Shown here one piece after another: positions 1 to 10,287 of a stretch of 64,000 nucleotides of DNA. The notes below the pieces were generated by a model. The model did not search any database and was not told the DNA's origin. It worked only from the letters and a program-made list of their open reading frames with translations. This DNA is from Clostridiales bacterium (GTDB lineage Bacteria > Bacillota > Clostridia > Saccharofermentanales > Saccharofermentanaceae): positions 224,001 to 288,000 of the forward strand of contig JAFWDK010000010.1 in assembly GCA_017513085.1 (NCBI GenBank), given 5' to 3'. A program made the translations under genes and the position numbers. Position 1 is the stretch's first letter. Every line of letters begins with the position of its first letter.

Positions 1-2
1 AG

Positions 3-935
3 CAGATGTGGAAGAGCCCGAATGGTACGATCCGTGCCATTATGGACGGTACGGTATTCCGTGCACCGATCCTTGTTAAGGGCATCAGTCCGTTCGTATC
101 CTGCTGGAAGAAGCCGATCACTTTGGCCCGTCATGCATATGGCGATGTTTATCGTGATGTGGAAATGTATGTATCCGGTAAGGCTAAGGCCGAACTGGTT
201 GTTACCTATGAAGATGGACATCAGGAAGTTAAACTGATCCATGATTTCAAAGCTCCTGGCATTATCGAAGGTATGCACAATCTGGATGAGTCTATTTTCG
301 CATTTGCTCGTTCCTGCTTTATGTATGCACTGGATATCAAGCAAGATCTTTGGTTTGCTACGAAAGATACGATCTCTAAGGTTTATGATCATAGATTTAA
401 AGATATTTTCCAGGAAGTCTTTGATAATGAGTTTAAAGAGAAGTTCGAAGCCGCCGGCATCAGTTATTTCTATACTCTTATCGATGATGCGGTTGCCCGT
501 GTTATGCGTTCTGAAGGCGGAATCCTTTGGGCATGCAAGAATTACGATGGTGACGTTATGTCCGACATGGTCGCTTCTGCATGCGGAAGCCTTGCCATGA
601 TGACCTCTGTTTTGGTTTCCCCGTCTGGAAAGTATGAATATGAAGCAGCTCACGGAACGGTAACCCGTCACTATTACCGTCATCTTAAAGGTGAGAATAC
701 GTCTACAAATCCGATGGCAACCTTGTTTGCCTGGTCCGGAGCTCTCCGTAAGAGAGGTCAGCTTGATGAACTGCCTGAGTTGGTCGCATTTGCTGATAAG
801 CTTGAAAAAGCATCGATCGACACGATTGAAGAAGGTATTATCACAGGTGATTTGAACGCTTTGATGGATCATCCGAATAAGAAGGTTGTGAATACTGAAG
901 AATTCTTAAAGGCAATTGCTGCCAAATTAGCATGA
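3..935 (+). CDS. icd: NADP-dependent isocitrate dehydrogenase (5' end outside the window)
   Basis: Motifs [41 protein letters not shown] and TSTNP; the frame is open to the window edge. Confidence 0.95.
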   Translation, partial: QMWKSPNGTIRAIMDGTVFRAPILVKGISPFVSCWKKPITLARHAYGDVYRDVEMYVSGKAKAELVVTYEDGHQEVKLIHDFKAPGIIEGMHNLDESIFAFARSCFMYALDIKQDLWFATKDTISKVYDHRFKDIFQEVFDNEFKEKFEAAGISYFYTLIDDAVARVMRSEGGILWACKNYDGDVMSDMVASACGSLAMMTSVLVSPSGKYEYEAAHGTVTRHYYRHLKGENTSTNPMATLFAWSGALRKRGQLDELPELVAFADKLEKASIDTIEEGIITGDLNALMDHPNKKVVNTEEFLKAIAAKLA

Positions 936-950
936 TATGGAGGAATTATT

Positions 951-1478
951 ATGAATTATTTTGAGTCTTGGACCAAACATTCTGAAACCGTTGAAAATGA
1001 AGCAGATTATAAGGCTTATATCTCTAAGTACTACGAGTTGGAGAAGAATGCTTATGATGCCATTCTTACAAAGTATCCGGATAACGAGGACCTTCTGAAC
1101 GGTAAAGCAATCGAACTTGCTGAAAAGCTCGGCTTTGCAAAAGATGATATGGAGATCTTTGTTGGTTTCCTTGAGGGAATCGCTTCCAGCTTGACAGAAG
1201 AATATGACTACAAGTCTGTTACGGATGATTCTGAAGTTTCCCTTACAGTTGACTATGAGAAGCTCTACTACAATATGCACGATGCAAAAGCTGAGTGGCT
1301 CTATTCTTTGAAGAGCTGGAAGAATGTTCTTTCTGACGAAAAGATGCTGGAGATCACAAAGCAGTATCGTACAGATAATATCGTTCACGTTGAAAAGATC
1401 GGACGTAACGATCCTTGCCCGTGCGGTTCCGGAAAGAAGTACAAGAAGTGCTGCGGTAAGAAATCCGAGCAGGAGTAA
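951..1478 (+). CDS. SEC-C metal-binding domain protein
   Basis: C-terminal [21 protein letters not shown]; GGAGG RBS upstream. Confidence 0.85.
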   Translation: MNYFESWTKHSETVENEADYKAYISKYYELEKNAYDAILTKYPDNEDLLNGKAIELAEKLGFAKDDMEIFVGFLEGIASSLTEEYDYKSVTDDSEVSLTVDYEKLYYNMHDAKAEWLYSLKSWKNVLSDEKMLEITKQYRTDNIVHVEKIGRNDPCPCGSGKKYKKCCGKKSEQE

Positions 1479-1547
1479 TCGTTCTTTCTTATAAAACTGA
1501 ATAGTGTTGTGATATTCGGGCTTTTTGCCCATAGATATCGGGAAATA

Positions 1548-1603
1548 ACCCGGTCATGAAATGATATTTCGATTTAAGAAATGCGTTCATGGCCGGTTTT
1601 TTT
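1548..1603 (+). terminator. Hairpin with T-tract between the SEC-C gene and radC
   Basis: ccggtcatgaa...ttcatggccgg inverted repeat followed by T7. Confidence 0.55.
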
Positions 1604-1624
1604 GCGTAAAGGAGGTGAGAAGAA

Positions 1625-2344
1625 GTGAAAATGTGTGAGATGAATCCTTGTATACGTCCTTATGAACGGCTGGAAGAATTTGGTGCGGAATCTTTATCTG
1701 ATGAAGAATTGCTGGCAATTCTCGTCCGTAGTGGAACGAAAGGTAAATCAGCAAAAGATATTGCAACGGAAGTGCTTTCACAAGTGAATCTGCGTGATGG
1801 GTTGAATGGATTGTCCAGTATTACACTTGAGGAATTAAGTGCACTGGAAGGCATCGGGAGAGTCAAAGCCATATTGATCAAAGCATGCGTGGAGATCGGC
1901 AGGAGATGTGCAATGCAAACCAGTCTTATGGATAAAGTACAGTTTGTGTCATCTGATGTGGCAAAGTCGTTTTTTGCAGCCAAGATGACATTCCTGGAAA
2001 GTGAAGAAGTACATGTTGCTCTTTTGGATGCGAAAAAGCACTTGATTGCGCATGACGTGGTATCCAAAGGCGGATTAAGCAGTATTTCTTTTATTTCAAA
2101 AGAATTGTTCAGAATGGCGGTTCGGGTCAATGCAGCAGCGATGATCGTTGCGCATAATCATCCGAGTGGCGATCCGACGCCAAGCGAAGAAGATGTGGAA
2201 ACAACGAGAGATCTTGTACATTGCGGGCTGATGATCGGAATTGAAGTTGTCGACCACATCATAGTGGGCCGTGGCCTTTCTATAAGTCTGCAGGAACTCG
2301 GCTTATTAAGTCCGACGTACAAGAAGGAAAAGGAGGAAAAATGA
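1625..2344 (+). CDS. radC: RadC family (JAB domain) protein
   Basis: RPYERL...LSDEELLAIL, helix-hairpin-helix GIG and HNHPSGDPTPSxxD...DHII; GGAGGTG RBS. Confidence 0.93.
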   Translation: MKMCEMNPCIRPYERLEEFGAESLSDEELLAILVRSGTKGKSAKDIATEVLSQVNLRDGLNGLSSITLEELSALEGIGRVKAILIKACVEIGRRCAMQTSLMDKVQFVSSDVAKSFFAAKMTFLESEEVHVALLDAKKHLIAHDVVSKGGLSSISFISKELFRMAVRVNAAAMIVAHNHPSGDPTPSEEDVETTRDLVHCGLMIGIEVVDHIIVGRGLSISLQELGLLSPTYKKEKEEK

Positions 2345-3279
2345 AAACAGAAAAAGATACAAAACAAGGAATGATGTCGTTTGATGAGTTTATGGCAGCT
2401 TTTCGATGTAAGGCAGATGAACGGCTTCAAGTATTCGATGATCAGTATGATATTGATGATGAGGTCGTAATGAAGAATTCGACCGAACTGCATGGTCTCA
2501 TAGTGCGCTCTAAGGGCAAAAACATAGCGCCTGTGTTCTATTATGAGGACTTTTACGGTTCTTATCTGAACGGTGAGAGTGTAGACGAGTGTGTGATGAA
2601 AATGGCGGATTATTTGGCCGGACATGATTTGCCGGGGGATGACTTTGCCAGAAAAATAACTTCCTGGGAGGAGGCAAAGGAGTGTCTGACCGTAAAACTT
2701 ATTAATGCTAATAGAAATCGAAAACTTCTGACAAATGTGCCTTGTAAGCTTTTTGGCGATATGGCGGTCATTGTTCAGATCCTGATCAGCAGTCAGGATT
2801 TCGGCTCCGGGACAGTTACTGTTGATGCGGATCTTATAAAAATGTGGAATGTCGAGGAAGAAGAGCTTTTTAATCGTGCATTCGACAATATGCGTGCATA
2901 CGATCTGAATTTTGAAGACTTGTCAAAATATGCTTCTCCCGATAAAAAAATACCGGATGATTGTCCAAGGATCTATGTATTACGCTATCAGGCTGACATT
3001 TTCGGTGCATCGGCAATGCTGTACACAGATAAATTGCAGGAATTTGCTGAAAAGATGAATTCCGACTTTTATATTATGCCGGTTTCTATCCATGAAGCGC
3101 TCATGATCGAGTACAAAGATGATATTCGCAATGAATTCCTTTTTGGCATGTTGAACTCGATCAATCAGGAACATCCTATACAAGATGATATATTGTCTTA
3201 CGAAGTCTTCCGACTGAAACGGGGAGAAGATGACCTGACTTACATCACTGATGGGCGAAAGCTTTGTATTTTCAGTTAA
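2341..3279 (+). CDS. DUF5688-like hypothetical protein
   Basis: KNS.ELHGL, IAPVFY.E.FY, KLIN..RN..LL..VP...FGDMAV, FGASAML and FYIMPVSIHE resemble DUF5688 as I recall it. Confidence 0.7.
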   Translation: MKTEKDTKQGMMSFDEFMAAFRCKADERLQVFDDQYDIDDEVVMKNSTELHGLIVRSKGKNIAPVFYYEDFYGSYLNGESVDECVMKMADYLAGHDLPGDDFARKITSWEEAKECLTVKLINANRNRKLLTNVPCKLFGDMAVIVQILISSQDFGSGTVTVDADLIKMWNVEEEELFNRAFDNMRAYDLNFEDLSKYASPDKKIPDDCPRIYVLRYQADIFGASAMLYTDKLQEFAEKMNSDFYIMPVSIHEALMIEYKDDIRNEFLFGMLNSINQEHPIQDDILSYEVFRLKRGEDDLTYITDGRKLCIFS

Positions 3280-3362
3280 TTTGAGATATTCATCGCAAAA
3301 CAGGAAGCATCGTTGAAATTGTGGTATACTTTTATGAAAGTCTAAATATGGAGGTTTTTGGA

Positions 3363-4349
3363 TTGCGTAAGCTTTTTTCAAACAAGTTATTCGTAATTGC
3401 GTTGGTTTCGCTGATACTGATTGCTTTTATCGTATTCAGCTCTATTCCGGGAAGCCCTCTGTCCAACATAACCAAACCTTTATCAATTGTGATCGATCCT
3501 ATTCAGTCTGTGTTTAAGAAGGCCGGTTCCAAGATCTCGGACTTCTACGCGGCAATTGCTGAAGGTATGGAGATCCGTAAGGAAAATGAAGAACTGCGTG
3601 AACAGATAGCCGAATTGGAGTATCAGATACAGCAGGGAGAAGAGGCAAAACTTCGTTGGGAAGAGCTCAAGAGTGCTTTTGCAATTCAAGATACTTTTGA
3701 AAACTATCACATCTACGGTGCTTCCGTGTTGACGCGTGAATCGGATGACTGGTTCAGTGTTATACGGATCAATGTAGGTGAAAGAGATGATTTTGATTCA
3801 AGAACCACGTCTTATGCGGTGGTCGATGCGCAGATGAACCTTGTCGGACGAGTCATGGTTACCGATGAAGATTCATCGAAAGTACTGCCTCTGTTACATG
3901 AGGGATTCTCGTTAAGTGCCAAGGTAAATGTAGTTAATGGCGCACTTGTCATGCTGAATGGCGATATTACACTAAAAAAAGACGGTCTCTGTCTAGTAAC
4001 CAGAATTCCAACCAACACGATCCTTCAAGTGGGCGATGAATTGGTTACGAGTGGAGAAGGTGGCCTTTTTCCGGCAGGTATTCCGATAGGTGTTATTGAG
4101 TCTTTTGATGATTCGGATCCGAATCATCTTTCCGCAACATTGCGTCCTTATGCGTCTTTAGCGGATATTAAAGATGTATTCATTCTTGTTCCTAATCCGA
4201 ACGCAGATAAGCAACAAGAGACTGATCCGGATACTTCAGAGAATACTGTTCCTTCGTCTGTACCAGAGACTTCTGATAATTCTGAGACTATGGATACAGC
4301 AGAGACAAATGATACAACAGTGGTAACAGGCGGAGATACAGAAGCATGA
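3363..4349 (+). CDS. mreC: Rod shape-determining protein MreC
   Basis: N-terminal TM, coiled coil (KENEELREQIAEL), LVGRV and GDELVTSG.GGLFPAGIPIG. TTG start chosen behind GGAGG; ATG at 3348 is the alternative. Confidence 0.92.
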   Translation: MRKLFSNKLFVIALVSLILIAFIVFSSIPGSPLSNITKPLSIVIDPIQSVFKKAGSKISDFYAAIAEGMEIRKENEELREQIAELEYQIQQGEEAKLRWEELKSAFAIQDTFENYHIYGASVLTRESDDWFSVIRINVGERDDFDSRTTSYAVVDAQMNLVGRVMVTDEDSSKVLPLLHEGFSLSAKVNVVNGALVMLNGDITLKKDGLCLVTRIPTNTILQVGDELVTSGEGGLFPAGIPIGVIESFDDSDPNHLSATLRPYASLADIKDVFILVPNPNADKQQETDPDTSENTVPSSVPETSDNSETMDTAETNDTTVVTGGDTEA

Positions 4350-4963
4350 ACAAGCAGAAGAGGGCGCGCCAGATTCTTTTATATGCTCTATATATAACAA
4401 GCGTATGCTGTCTTCAGGTCACTTTCCCTGGCTTTTTCAGGCTTTTTGGTAGAACTGCTGACTTGATGCTTGTATTTACGGTGTTTGCCGGATATCTTTT
4501 CGGCCCTGTTGACGGTATTGTTGTCGGGCTTATTGTCGGGCTGTTCCGTGACTATTTTTCCGGACCTGTAGTTATGGGTCTGAATCAAGAACCGGTTGCA
4601 TTGCTTGGCATCGGGATGCTATCGTTTATGTACATCGGACTTCTTTCTGCACTTTTGTTTAGAAAAAGATTTCGTCGCAAACTCTTTCTTGGCATACTTC
4701 AGGTTGAACTGATGACGCTGATCTACTATGTAAGTGGTCATGTATTATCATATATCTATTTTTCCGTTTCCAGAACTATGACTTCTTACCATTCCTTGCG
4801 GTATGTAGTCGTTTCATGTATTTTGCCTCAGCTGCTGGTAAATGCTATTGCGGCGTTGCCGATCCTTCTGGTTCTTCGCTTTATCGGACCATATTCAAAA
4901 GGCGTTCGTTCGGCACTGGTTGACGGTTACAGTATGGAGGATAAGCAATGGCAAAGCGTTTAG
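4346..4963 (+). CDS. mreD: Rod shape-determining protein MreD
   Basis: Multi-TM protein with DLML...GLIVGLFRD pattern, lying between mreC and the PBP gene. Confidence 0.8.
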   Translation: MNKQKRARQILLYALYITSVCCLQVTFPGFFRLFGRTADLMLVFTVFAGYLFGPVDGIVVGLIVGLFRDYFSGPVVMGLNQEPVALLGIGMLSFMYIGLLSALLFRKRFRRKLFLGILQVELMTLIYYVSGHVLSYIYFSVSRTMTSYHSLRYVVVSCILPQLLVNAIAALPILLVLRFIGPYSKGVRSALVDGYSMEDKQWQSV

Positions 4964-7323
4964 ATGATGATAATTTATATGTTTTTGATGAAGATCATGT
5001 ATCGGGAAGCCAGAAGATTAGCAATTCCTCGATGTTTGACTCGATCCTGTCTTTTGTTACGAGCAGATATTTCGTTTTGGGTACGATTTTCTGCGTTTTT
5101 GGCGTTCTGATCCTGATTATGACTGCGTCGCTTCAGTTTTCTGACGAAGCAAAAAAGATTTCGGCAAGCACAGTCGGTGTCGCCCGTCAGTATATTGTTC
5201 CAGCGCCAAGAGGCGATATTGTTGATTCAAAAGGAAGAGTTATTGCTACCAATCAGGAGATCAATACGCTCATGCTTTCCAATGCCGGACTGGATGATAC
5301 GGCATTAAACAGCATGTGTCTGGAGCTTTCGTATCTTTTTGACAAATATAATTGTGTGCCGGTTTCCACTTTGGATGATTACTTTTCGATAGATCCATAC
5401 GCTTTTCAGAAATCCGATGAAGATATTGCACTTTGGCAGACAAACAGGAATCTGTTTGACTTGAAAGAGCCAAATCCTAATACGGTCGTAACTTATTCAG
5501 ATGAGTATGTTAAAAGTGATCCGCAGATCTTTTTCTTATATCTTCGAAGGAAATTCCATCTTGATGAGAATTATACCGAGCAGGAAGCTTATCGCATCAT
5601 AAAGATCCGCTATCAGATATATATGGATAACTGGGCTTTTCAGACAGGAACGCCTGTTTTGATTGCGAAGGATGTTCCGGAAGAACTGATCCGCATACTG
5701 ATGGAGCAGAATTACCATTTTATGGGGATTTTGGCTAATAAAGAGTATCGTCGGGTATATACTCCATTAGCGAAGGTTTCTTCTCATGTAGTTGGATATG
5801 TTGGTAAGATTTCGCAGGAAAAACTTTCGGAATTGCAACCGGTCGGTTATATGGCATCTGATCTTGTTGGCCAGTCTGGTGTCGAGGCCCAGATGGAACG
5901 ATATCTTCATGGCCAGTATGGTGAAAAGCCATATAACGTATGGTCTACAGATCAGGAGAACGGCATATTTTATGATTCGAGCCTCGGTGTTGATCCTAGA
6001 TCCGGTGCACAAATTACACTGACGATTGATACTAACCTTCAGCAGGTTGGAATTGATAGTATTAAAGAGTATATTCAAAAGGCGATTCAAAAAGAGGAAT
6101 CTAAGCCGATAGAAGAACAGAAAAAGACCGCTTCAGCCGGCTCTTTGGTTGTAATGAAAGTCAAAACAGGCGAGATACTTGCTATGTGTTCATATCCGGA
6201 TTATGATCCGAATGATTTCGTCCTTTCCATGGAAGGAGATGTGCAGGCTAAAGAGCAAGTCAAGTATTACCTGGGCATCGATGAATATCAAGATATCACA
6301 AAAGAAGACATGCCACTTTGGAATCGTGCAATTTCTTCTATGTACCCGCCAGGATCAACATTCAAGTTGGTTACGGCATTGACAGCACTTGAGTGTAAGG
6401 TGATTTCTCCGGAAAACAGTGAGGTTAGATGCGTCAGTCCTACTGATTTTGGTGGAATGAAATGGACGTGCCTGGAATATCCTGAGACTGGTCATGGTAT
6501 GTTGGATCTGACTTCCGGACTTGCAACTTCGTGCAATATTTACTTTGCCTCGATCGGTGTCGACTCAACTATCAGCAATATTGATAAGACAGCACAACGA
6601 CTTGGACTTGGAGAATTGACAGGAATCGACCTTCCGGGTGAGTATCCCGGCATTCGCGCAAATCAAGCTAACAAGCGTAGACTTAGAAGCAATTGGACAG
6701 ATGAAGATACGGACTGGCATATTGCGGATACAGCCCAAGCCGCCATAGGACAGTTTGACAACTGCTTTACAGTTATCCAATTGGCTCGGTATGTAGCTGC
6801 AATTGCTACCAATACGCTGGTTACGCCTCATGTAATCGACAAAGTTACCGCTGCCGACGGATCTATCCTTTATGAGGGTCCGAAGGAGGCGATTCCGCTC
6901 AAAATCGACGAGGATTATTTGGAAGCGATTCACAGAGGTATGCTCGCTGCGAGTACCGAAGGAACAGGACAAGAATGGCTTAGTAATTTCCCGATTACGG
7001 TTGCATGTAAAACGGGTACTGCTGAAACAGGATTCGAGGATATCAATATGGAGTACTCGAACGGCGTGTTTATATGCTATGCACCGGCTGAAGATCCTGA
7101 GATCTGTATTGCTCTTTGTATTGAAAGAGGTGAGTGGGGTAGCCGTGTAATTGAAATTGCACGAAAACTCTTAATAGCATATTTCAATGAAAAGGATCCA
7201 AATAAATTGGAGCCTGAAAAGACTCTTCCTCCGATTGGTGACGTTATTGAGGATAGCCAGGCAGGACAGAACGGTACAACAAATGATGATCAGAATGGTG
7301 GTTCGGACAACACGGACAATTAA
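4948..7323 (+). CDS. mrdA: Class B penicillin-binding protein (PBP2/MrdA-like)
   Basis: APRGDIVD, SxxK (GSTFK), SCN and KTGT motifs. Confidence 0.9.
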   Translation: MAKRLDDDNLYVFDEDHVSGSQKISNSSMFDSILSFVTSRYFVLGTIFCVFGVLILIMTASLQFSDEAKKISASTVGVARQYIVPAPRGDIVDSKGRVIATNQEINTLMLSNAGLDDTALNSMCLELSYLFDKYNCVPVSTLDDYFSIDPYAFQKSDEDIALWQTNRNLFDLKEPNPNTVVTYSDEYVKSDPQIFFLYLRRKFHLDENYTEQEAYRIIKIRYQIYMDNWAFQTGTPVLIAKDVPEELIRILMEQNYHFMGILANKEYRRVYTPLAKVSSHVVGYVGKISQEKLSELQPVGYMASDLVGQSGVEAQMERYLHGQYGEKPYNVWSTDQENGIFYDSSLGVDPRSGAQITLTIDTNLQQVGIDSIKEYIQKAIQKEESKPIEEQKKTASAGSLVVMKVKTGEILAMCSYPDYDPNDFVLSMEGDVQAKEQVKYYLGIDEYQDITKEDMPLWNRAISSMYPPGSTFKLVTALTALECKVISPENSEVRCVSPTDFGGMKWTCLEYPETGHGMLDLTSGLATSCNIYFASIGVDSTISNIDKTAQRLGLGELTGIDLPGEYPGIRANQANKRRLRSNWTDEDTDWHIADTAQAAIGQFDNCFTVIQLARYVAAIATNTLVTPHVIDKVTAADGSILYEGPKEAIPLKIDEDYLEAIHRGMLAASTEGTGQEWLSNFPITVACKTGTAETGFEDINMEYSNGVFICYAPAEDPEICIALCIERGEWGSRVIEIARKLLIAYFNEKDPNKLEPEKTLPPIGDVIEDSQAGQNGTTNDDQNGGSDNTDN

Positions 7324-7423
7324 AGTTCTGTTTTGAATTGTTTCGTGCAAAATGATAAATTTTTGTTGCAGATTCTACCTTGAATTAGTAGAATATATAT
7401 ATAAATCGTTGGAGGCAGCTAGA

Positions 7424-7825
7424 ATGAAGATAGTTATAATGGCTGATAATCGGAAGAATGAGCTTCTTGTAAATTTTTGTATTGCTTATCGTCAGCTTTT
7501 GTCAAAGCATACCCTGATATCTCTTCACAATACAGCTACTCTTCTTGAATCTGCTGCGGATCTTAGTGTTGTCGGTCTATCGACCGATTATTCCGGCGGT
7601 TTTGATCAGTTGGCATCAAGGGCCGAGTATAACGAGATCGATTCAGTGATCTATCTGCGTGATACGCAGTTGGCAAACTATAATGAGATCAATCCGCTTT
7701 TAAAAGCTTGTGATTACAACAGTATTCCTTATGCTACCAACCTTGCATCGGCTGAAATATTAGTTCTTGCTATCGATCGTGGTGATTTGGATTGGCGTGA
7801 ACTGGTTCGTGATCAGAATTTCTGA
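7424..7825 (+). CDS. mgsA: Methylglyoxal synthase-like protein with degenerate active site
   Basis: Overall MgsA pattern (VIYLRD, CD..SIPYATNLASAEIL, GDLDWRE), but the AHD, TGTT, GGD and PHE motifs are altered. Confidence 0.75.
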   Translation: MKIVIMADNRKNELLVNFCIAYRQLLSKHTLISLHNTATLLESAADLSVVGLSTDYSGGFDQLASRAEYNEIDSVIYLRDTQLANYNEINPLLKACDYNSIPYATNLASAEILVLAIDRGDLDWRELVRDQNF

Positions 7826-7837
7826 TATTGGTGACAG

Positions 7838-8470
7838 ATGAAAGTATTCTCTTTCCCGTATGGTTTAGTACAAGCTAATATGTATGTGCTTGTTTTCGAT
7901 AAAGAGGCTATCGTGATCGATCCGTGTGTTTCTTGGAAAGACACTGATCTTTCGGATTTGTCTATTCGGGCAGTTTTATGTACACACGGTCATTTTGATC
8001 ATATTTCAGCATTAGATGAATATGGAGGAGATCTGACGCTGCCTGTCTTTATTGATAAAAATGATAAAAACATGCTGTCGGATCCAGAATTGAATCACTC
8101 TTCTGATTTTGGCATGAATATACATTATGACGGTGCTGTTGAGGTCTTTTCACAGAGTGAATATTCTAATGAAGATTTTAATATTTCTGAGACATTTTCT
8201 TTGAAAATTGTTTCTACACCTGGTCATACTCCTGGCTCTGTTTGTTTCTTGTTTATAGATCAGGATAAAAAAATGCGTATGTTCACAGGTGATATGCTTT
8301 TTGCAGGAAGCGTTGGCAGAACGGATCTTGGTGGCTCCTTTCAGGATATGAAACGATCGATCAGTAAACTAAAAGAAATGGCGGATGATATAGAATGTTA
8401 TCCTGGGCATGGTGATGTGACCGATCTTGGCCGTGAAAAGCGATATAATCCATATTTCCATGAGTTTTAA
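7838..8470 (+). CDS. MBL-fold metallo-hydrolase (glyoxalase II/YcbL-like)
   Basis: THGHFDH, TPGHTPGS, FTGDMLF and YPGHG. Confidence 0.9.
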   Translation: MKVFSFPYGLVQANMYVLVFDKEAIVIDPCVSWKDTDLSDLSIRAVLCTHGHFDHISALDEYGGDLTLPVFIDKNDKNMLSDPELNHSSDFGMNIHYDGAVEVFSQSEYSNEDFNISETFSLKIVSTPGHTPGSVCFLFIDQDKKMRMFTGDMLFAGSVGRTDLGGSFQDMKRSISKLKEMADDIECYPGHGDVTDLGREKRYNPYFHEF

Positions 8471-8499
8471 AAATTGCCGGAATTGTTCCGGCTTTTTTT
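8470..8499 (+). terminator. Intrinsic terminator
   Basis: gccggaa-ttg-ttccggc followed by T7. Confidence 0.7.
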
Positions 8500-8609
8500 G
8501 TCATTTGTGGCTCCTATTGACGAAGTTCCATGCTTTTGTCGTTATTTGTCGTTTGTACAATAAGTATGTCATCAGACTGCCTGTTATATTGAAGCAGGAG
8601 GTGATTTCT

Positions 8610-8882
8610 ATGAATACTGTTCAGACGGCAATTGTTTTTGTGGTTGTGTTTCTTGTTCTTTGTATGTTCATCGTAATGAGTCCGCTCATGTATAAAAGAA
8701 CTTTCTATCTGGCGGAGATCTCAGTATCTTCTCAAGATAAGAATAACGAGAAAAAGCGGATATTCGAAGTGGTTCCCAAAACAAACAAAGATAATTACTG
8801 GAATATCGAAAACAGTTGCCCGGAAAAGGCATACAGATTTGCTAAAGGGCTACATGATTCAGTAAACATCATAATTGGATAA
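8610..8882 (+). CDS. Small N-terminally anchored membrane protein, possibly pilin-like
   Basis: Strong AGGAGGTG RBS; hydrophobic N-terminal helix; first gene of the Tad-like trio. Confidence 0.6.
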   Translation: MNTVQTAIVFVVVFLVLCMFIVMSPLMYKRTFYLAEISVSSQDKNNEKKRIFEVVPKTNKDNYWNIENSCPEKAYRFAKGLHDSVNIIIG

Positions 8883-8892
8883 AGGAGAAAGT

Positions 8893-10287
8893 ATGAAAAA
8901 GAGATTATTCGGAAGAAAGGGTTCAATCACGATATTTCTATGTATTATCCTTTCTGCAATCATTCTTCTTGAGAGTGTATATATTTCCGGAGCGTATCAA
9001 AGAAAACGCGAGGTCTTGATTACCGAGGCGGTGTCTCACCAGGTGGAACAGGCTTTGTCTCAGTTTGACAGGGATATTCTGGATTGGTACGGTCTATATG
9101 CTATCAAAGAGGTCAAGGAGGGGACGGCTGTTTTCAAAAGTATGACCGCTTCTTTGAAGGATGCATCTTATGCATATGAGATGACACATCCCTTTGATAA
9201 TGATTGTTTGAAAGACTGCATATCTGATTATATGCGTCTTCGAGGGCTTGCCTTTGAAGGGAATGGCATCCTTGACCGTCTGGGTATTTCGATCTCTAAG
9301 ATCAGGGGAAGCAATAACACTGGTGGAGATGGTATTTCCAGCTGGTTACCAACGTTTAAATCAATGTTGGGCAACAAAAAATATGTCAAGACGATTCTCG
9401 ATAAACTGAAAGACACGATCAGAGATGTCGGCCTAGGTGAAAAAATCGACAAATTCAATTCATTTGTCGACAGTGCAAGAATGGTATGGGAGGAGAAAAG
9501 CAGTGCGGTAATTGAATATGGAGATTCTTCCACTACGATTTCTATGTTTGATCCATCCTCGATTTCAGGATTGACGAATCTGTTTGATAAATACATGGAT
9601 GCTGATCTGCCGGGTTTTATTGACAGAATGATCATGAATGAATATGCAACTTTTCAATTTGACTCGAGATTAACAAATATCATAACTGACAACGGAGCGG
9701 TTCCTGAGACGAATATGATAGGAATCCCGTTTGATAAGATGCATTCCGGAAATCATTCTGATCTGGAGTTTCTTCTGGTTGGTTCGGATTCTGAATCGAC
9801 GAATCAATTTGCGGTGAGCAGTCTGCTTCTTGGCATGCGCTTGCTTTTAGATATGGGCTCATTTCTTATGGATGAAGCTAAGAAACAGACGGCATTTGTA
9901 ATTGCAGAAGTCATGACTTTGATCATTGCTTTAGTGTCTTTAGGTACTGTGATCATTGATCCGTTTACCATCCAATATGTGATCCTCTTCATTATGGCCT
10001 ATATTCAGGCGTGGACAGATGTAGTCAAACTTGTTAACGGTATGAGTGTTCCGCTATTTTATAACGATACATTTCCTTCTGTCGGAAGGCTGACTGATAC
10101 CAGTTATCGGGATTATTTCCGCATTGCGCTTTTGTTTGTTCCGGAAGAATGGCTGTTGATAAGAATGCGGTATGTAATACAACGTGATGCCGGTGCGACA
10201 CTTTATACAGGCATCAAAGGCACGGGGAAACTGCAAGATAGCGAGTATCAGGTGGAAAGGAGGTATGAATTGTATGAGAATCATTAG
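8893..10287 (+). CDS. TadG/DUF5702-like Flp pilus-associated protein
   Basis: Prepilin-type N-terminus RKG|SITIFLCIIL, LSQFD..ILDWYGLYA, NEY...F, LEFLLVG..S...N and SYRDYFRI, typical of clostridial Tad-locus proteins. Confidence 0.7.
   Translation: MKKRLFGRKGSITIFLCIILSAIILLESVYISGAYQRKREVLITEAVSHQVEQALSQFDRDILDWYGLYAIKEVKEGTAVFKSMTASLKDASYAYEMTHPFDNDCLKDCISDYMRLRGLAFEGNGILDRLGISISKIRGSNNTGGDGISSWLPTFKSMLGNKKYVKTILDKLKDTIRDVGLGEKIDKFNSFVDSARMVWEEKSSAVIEYGDSSTTISMFDPSSISGLTNLFDKYMDADLPGFIDRMIMNEYATFQFDSRLTNIITDNGAVPETNMIGIPFDKMHSGNHSDLEFLLVGSDSESTNQFAVSSLLLGMRLLLDMGSFLMDEAKKQTAFVIAEVMTLIIALVSLGTVIIDPFTIQYVILFIMAYIQAWTDVVKLVNGMSVPLFYNDTFPSVGRLTDTSYRDYFRIALLFVPEEWLLIRMRYVIQRDAGATLYTGIKGTGKLQDSEYQVERRYELYENH

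Noticed and set aside
1396-1460. SEC-C motif nearly identical to the end of secA (about 14731-14796), as a possible duplication
   Set aside because: It is a common conserved Zn-binding motif and the synonymous positions differ.
1625-3279. radC plus DUF5688 as a mobile-element remnant
   Set aside because: RadC is the full-length chromosomal type in its usual position before mre genes, and no integrase, relaxase or att sites were seen.
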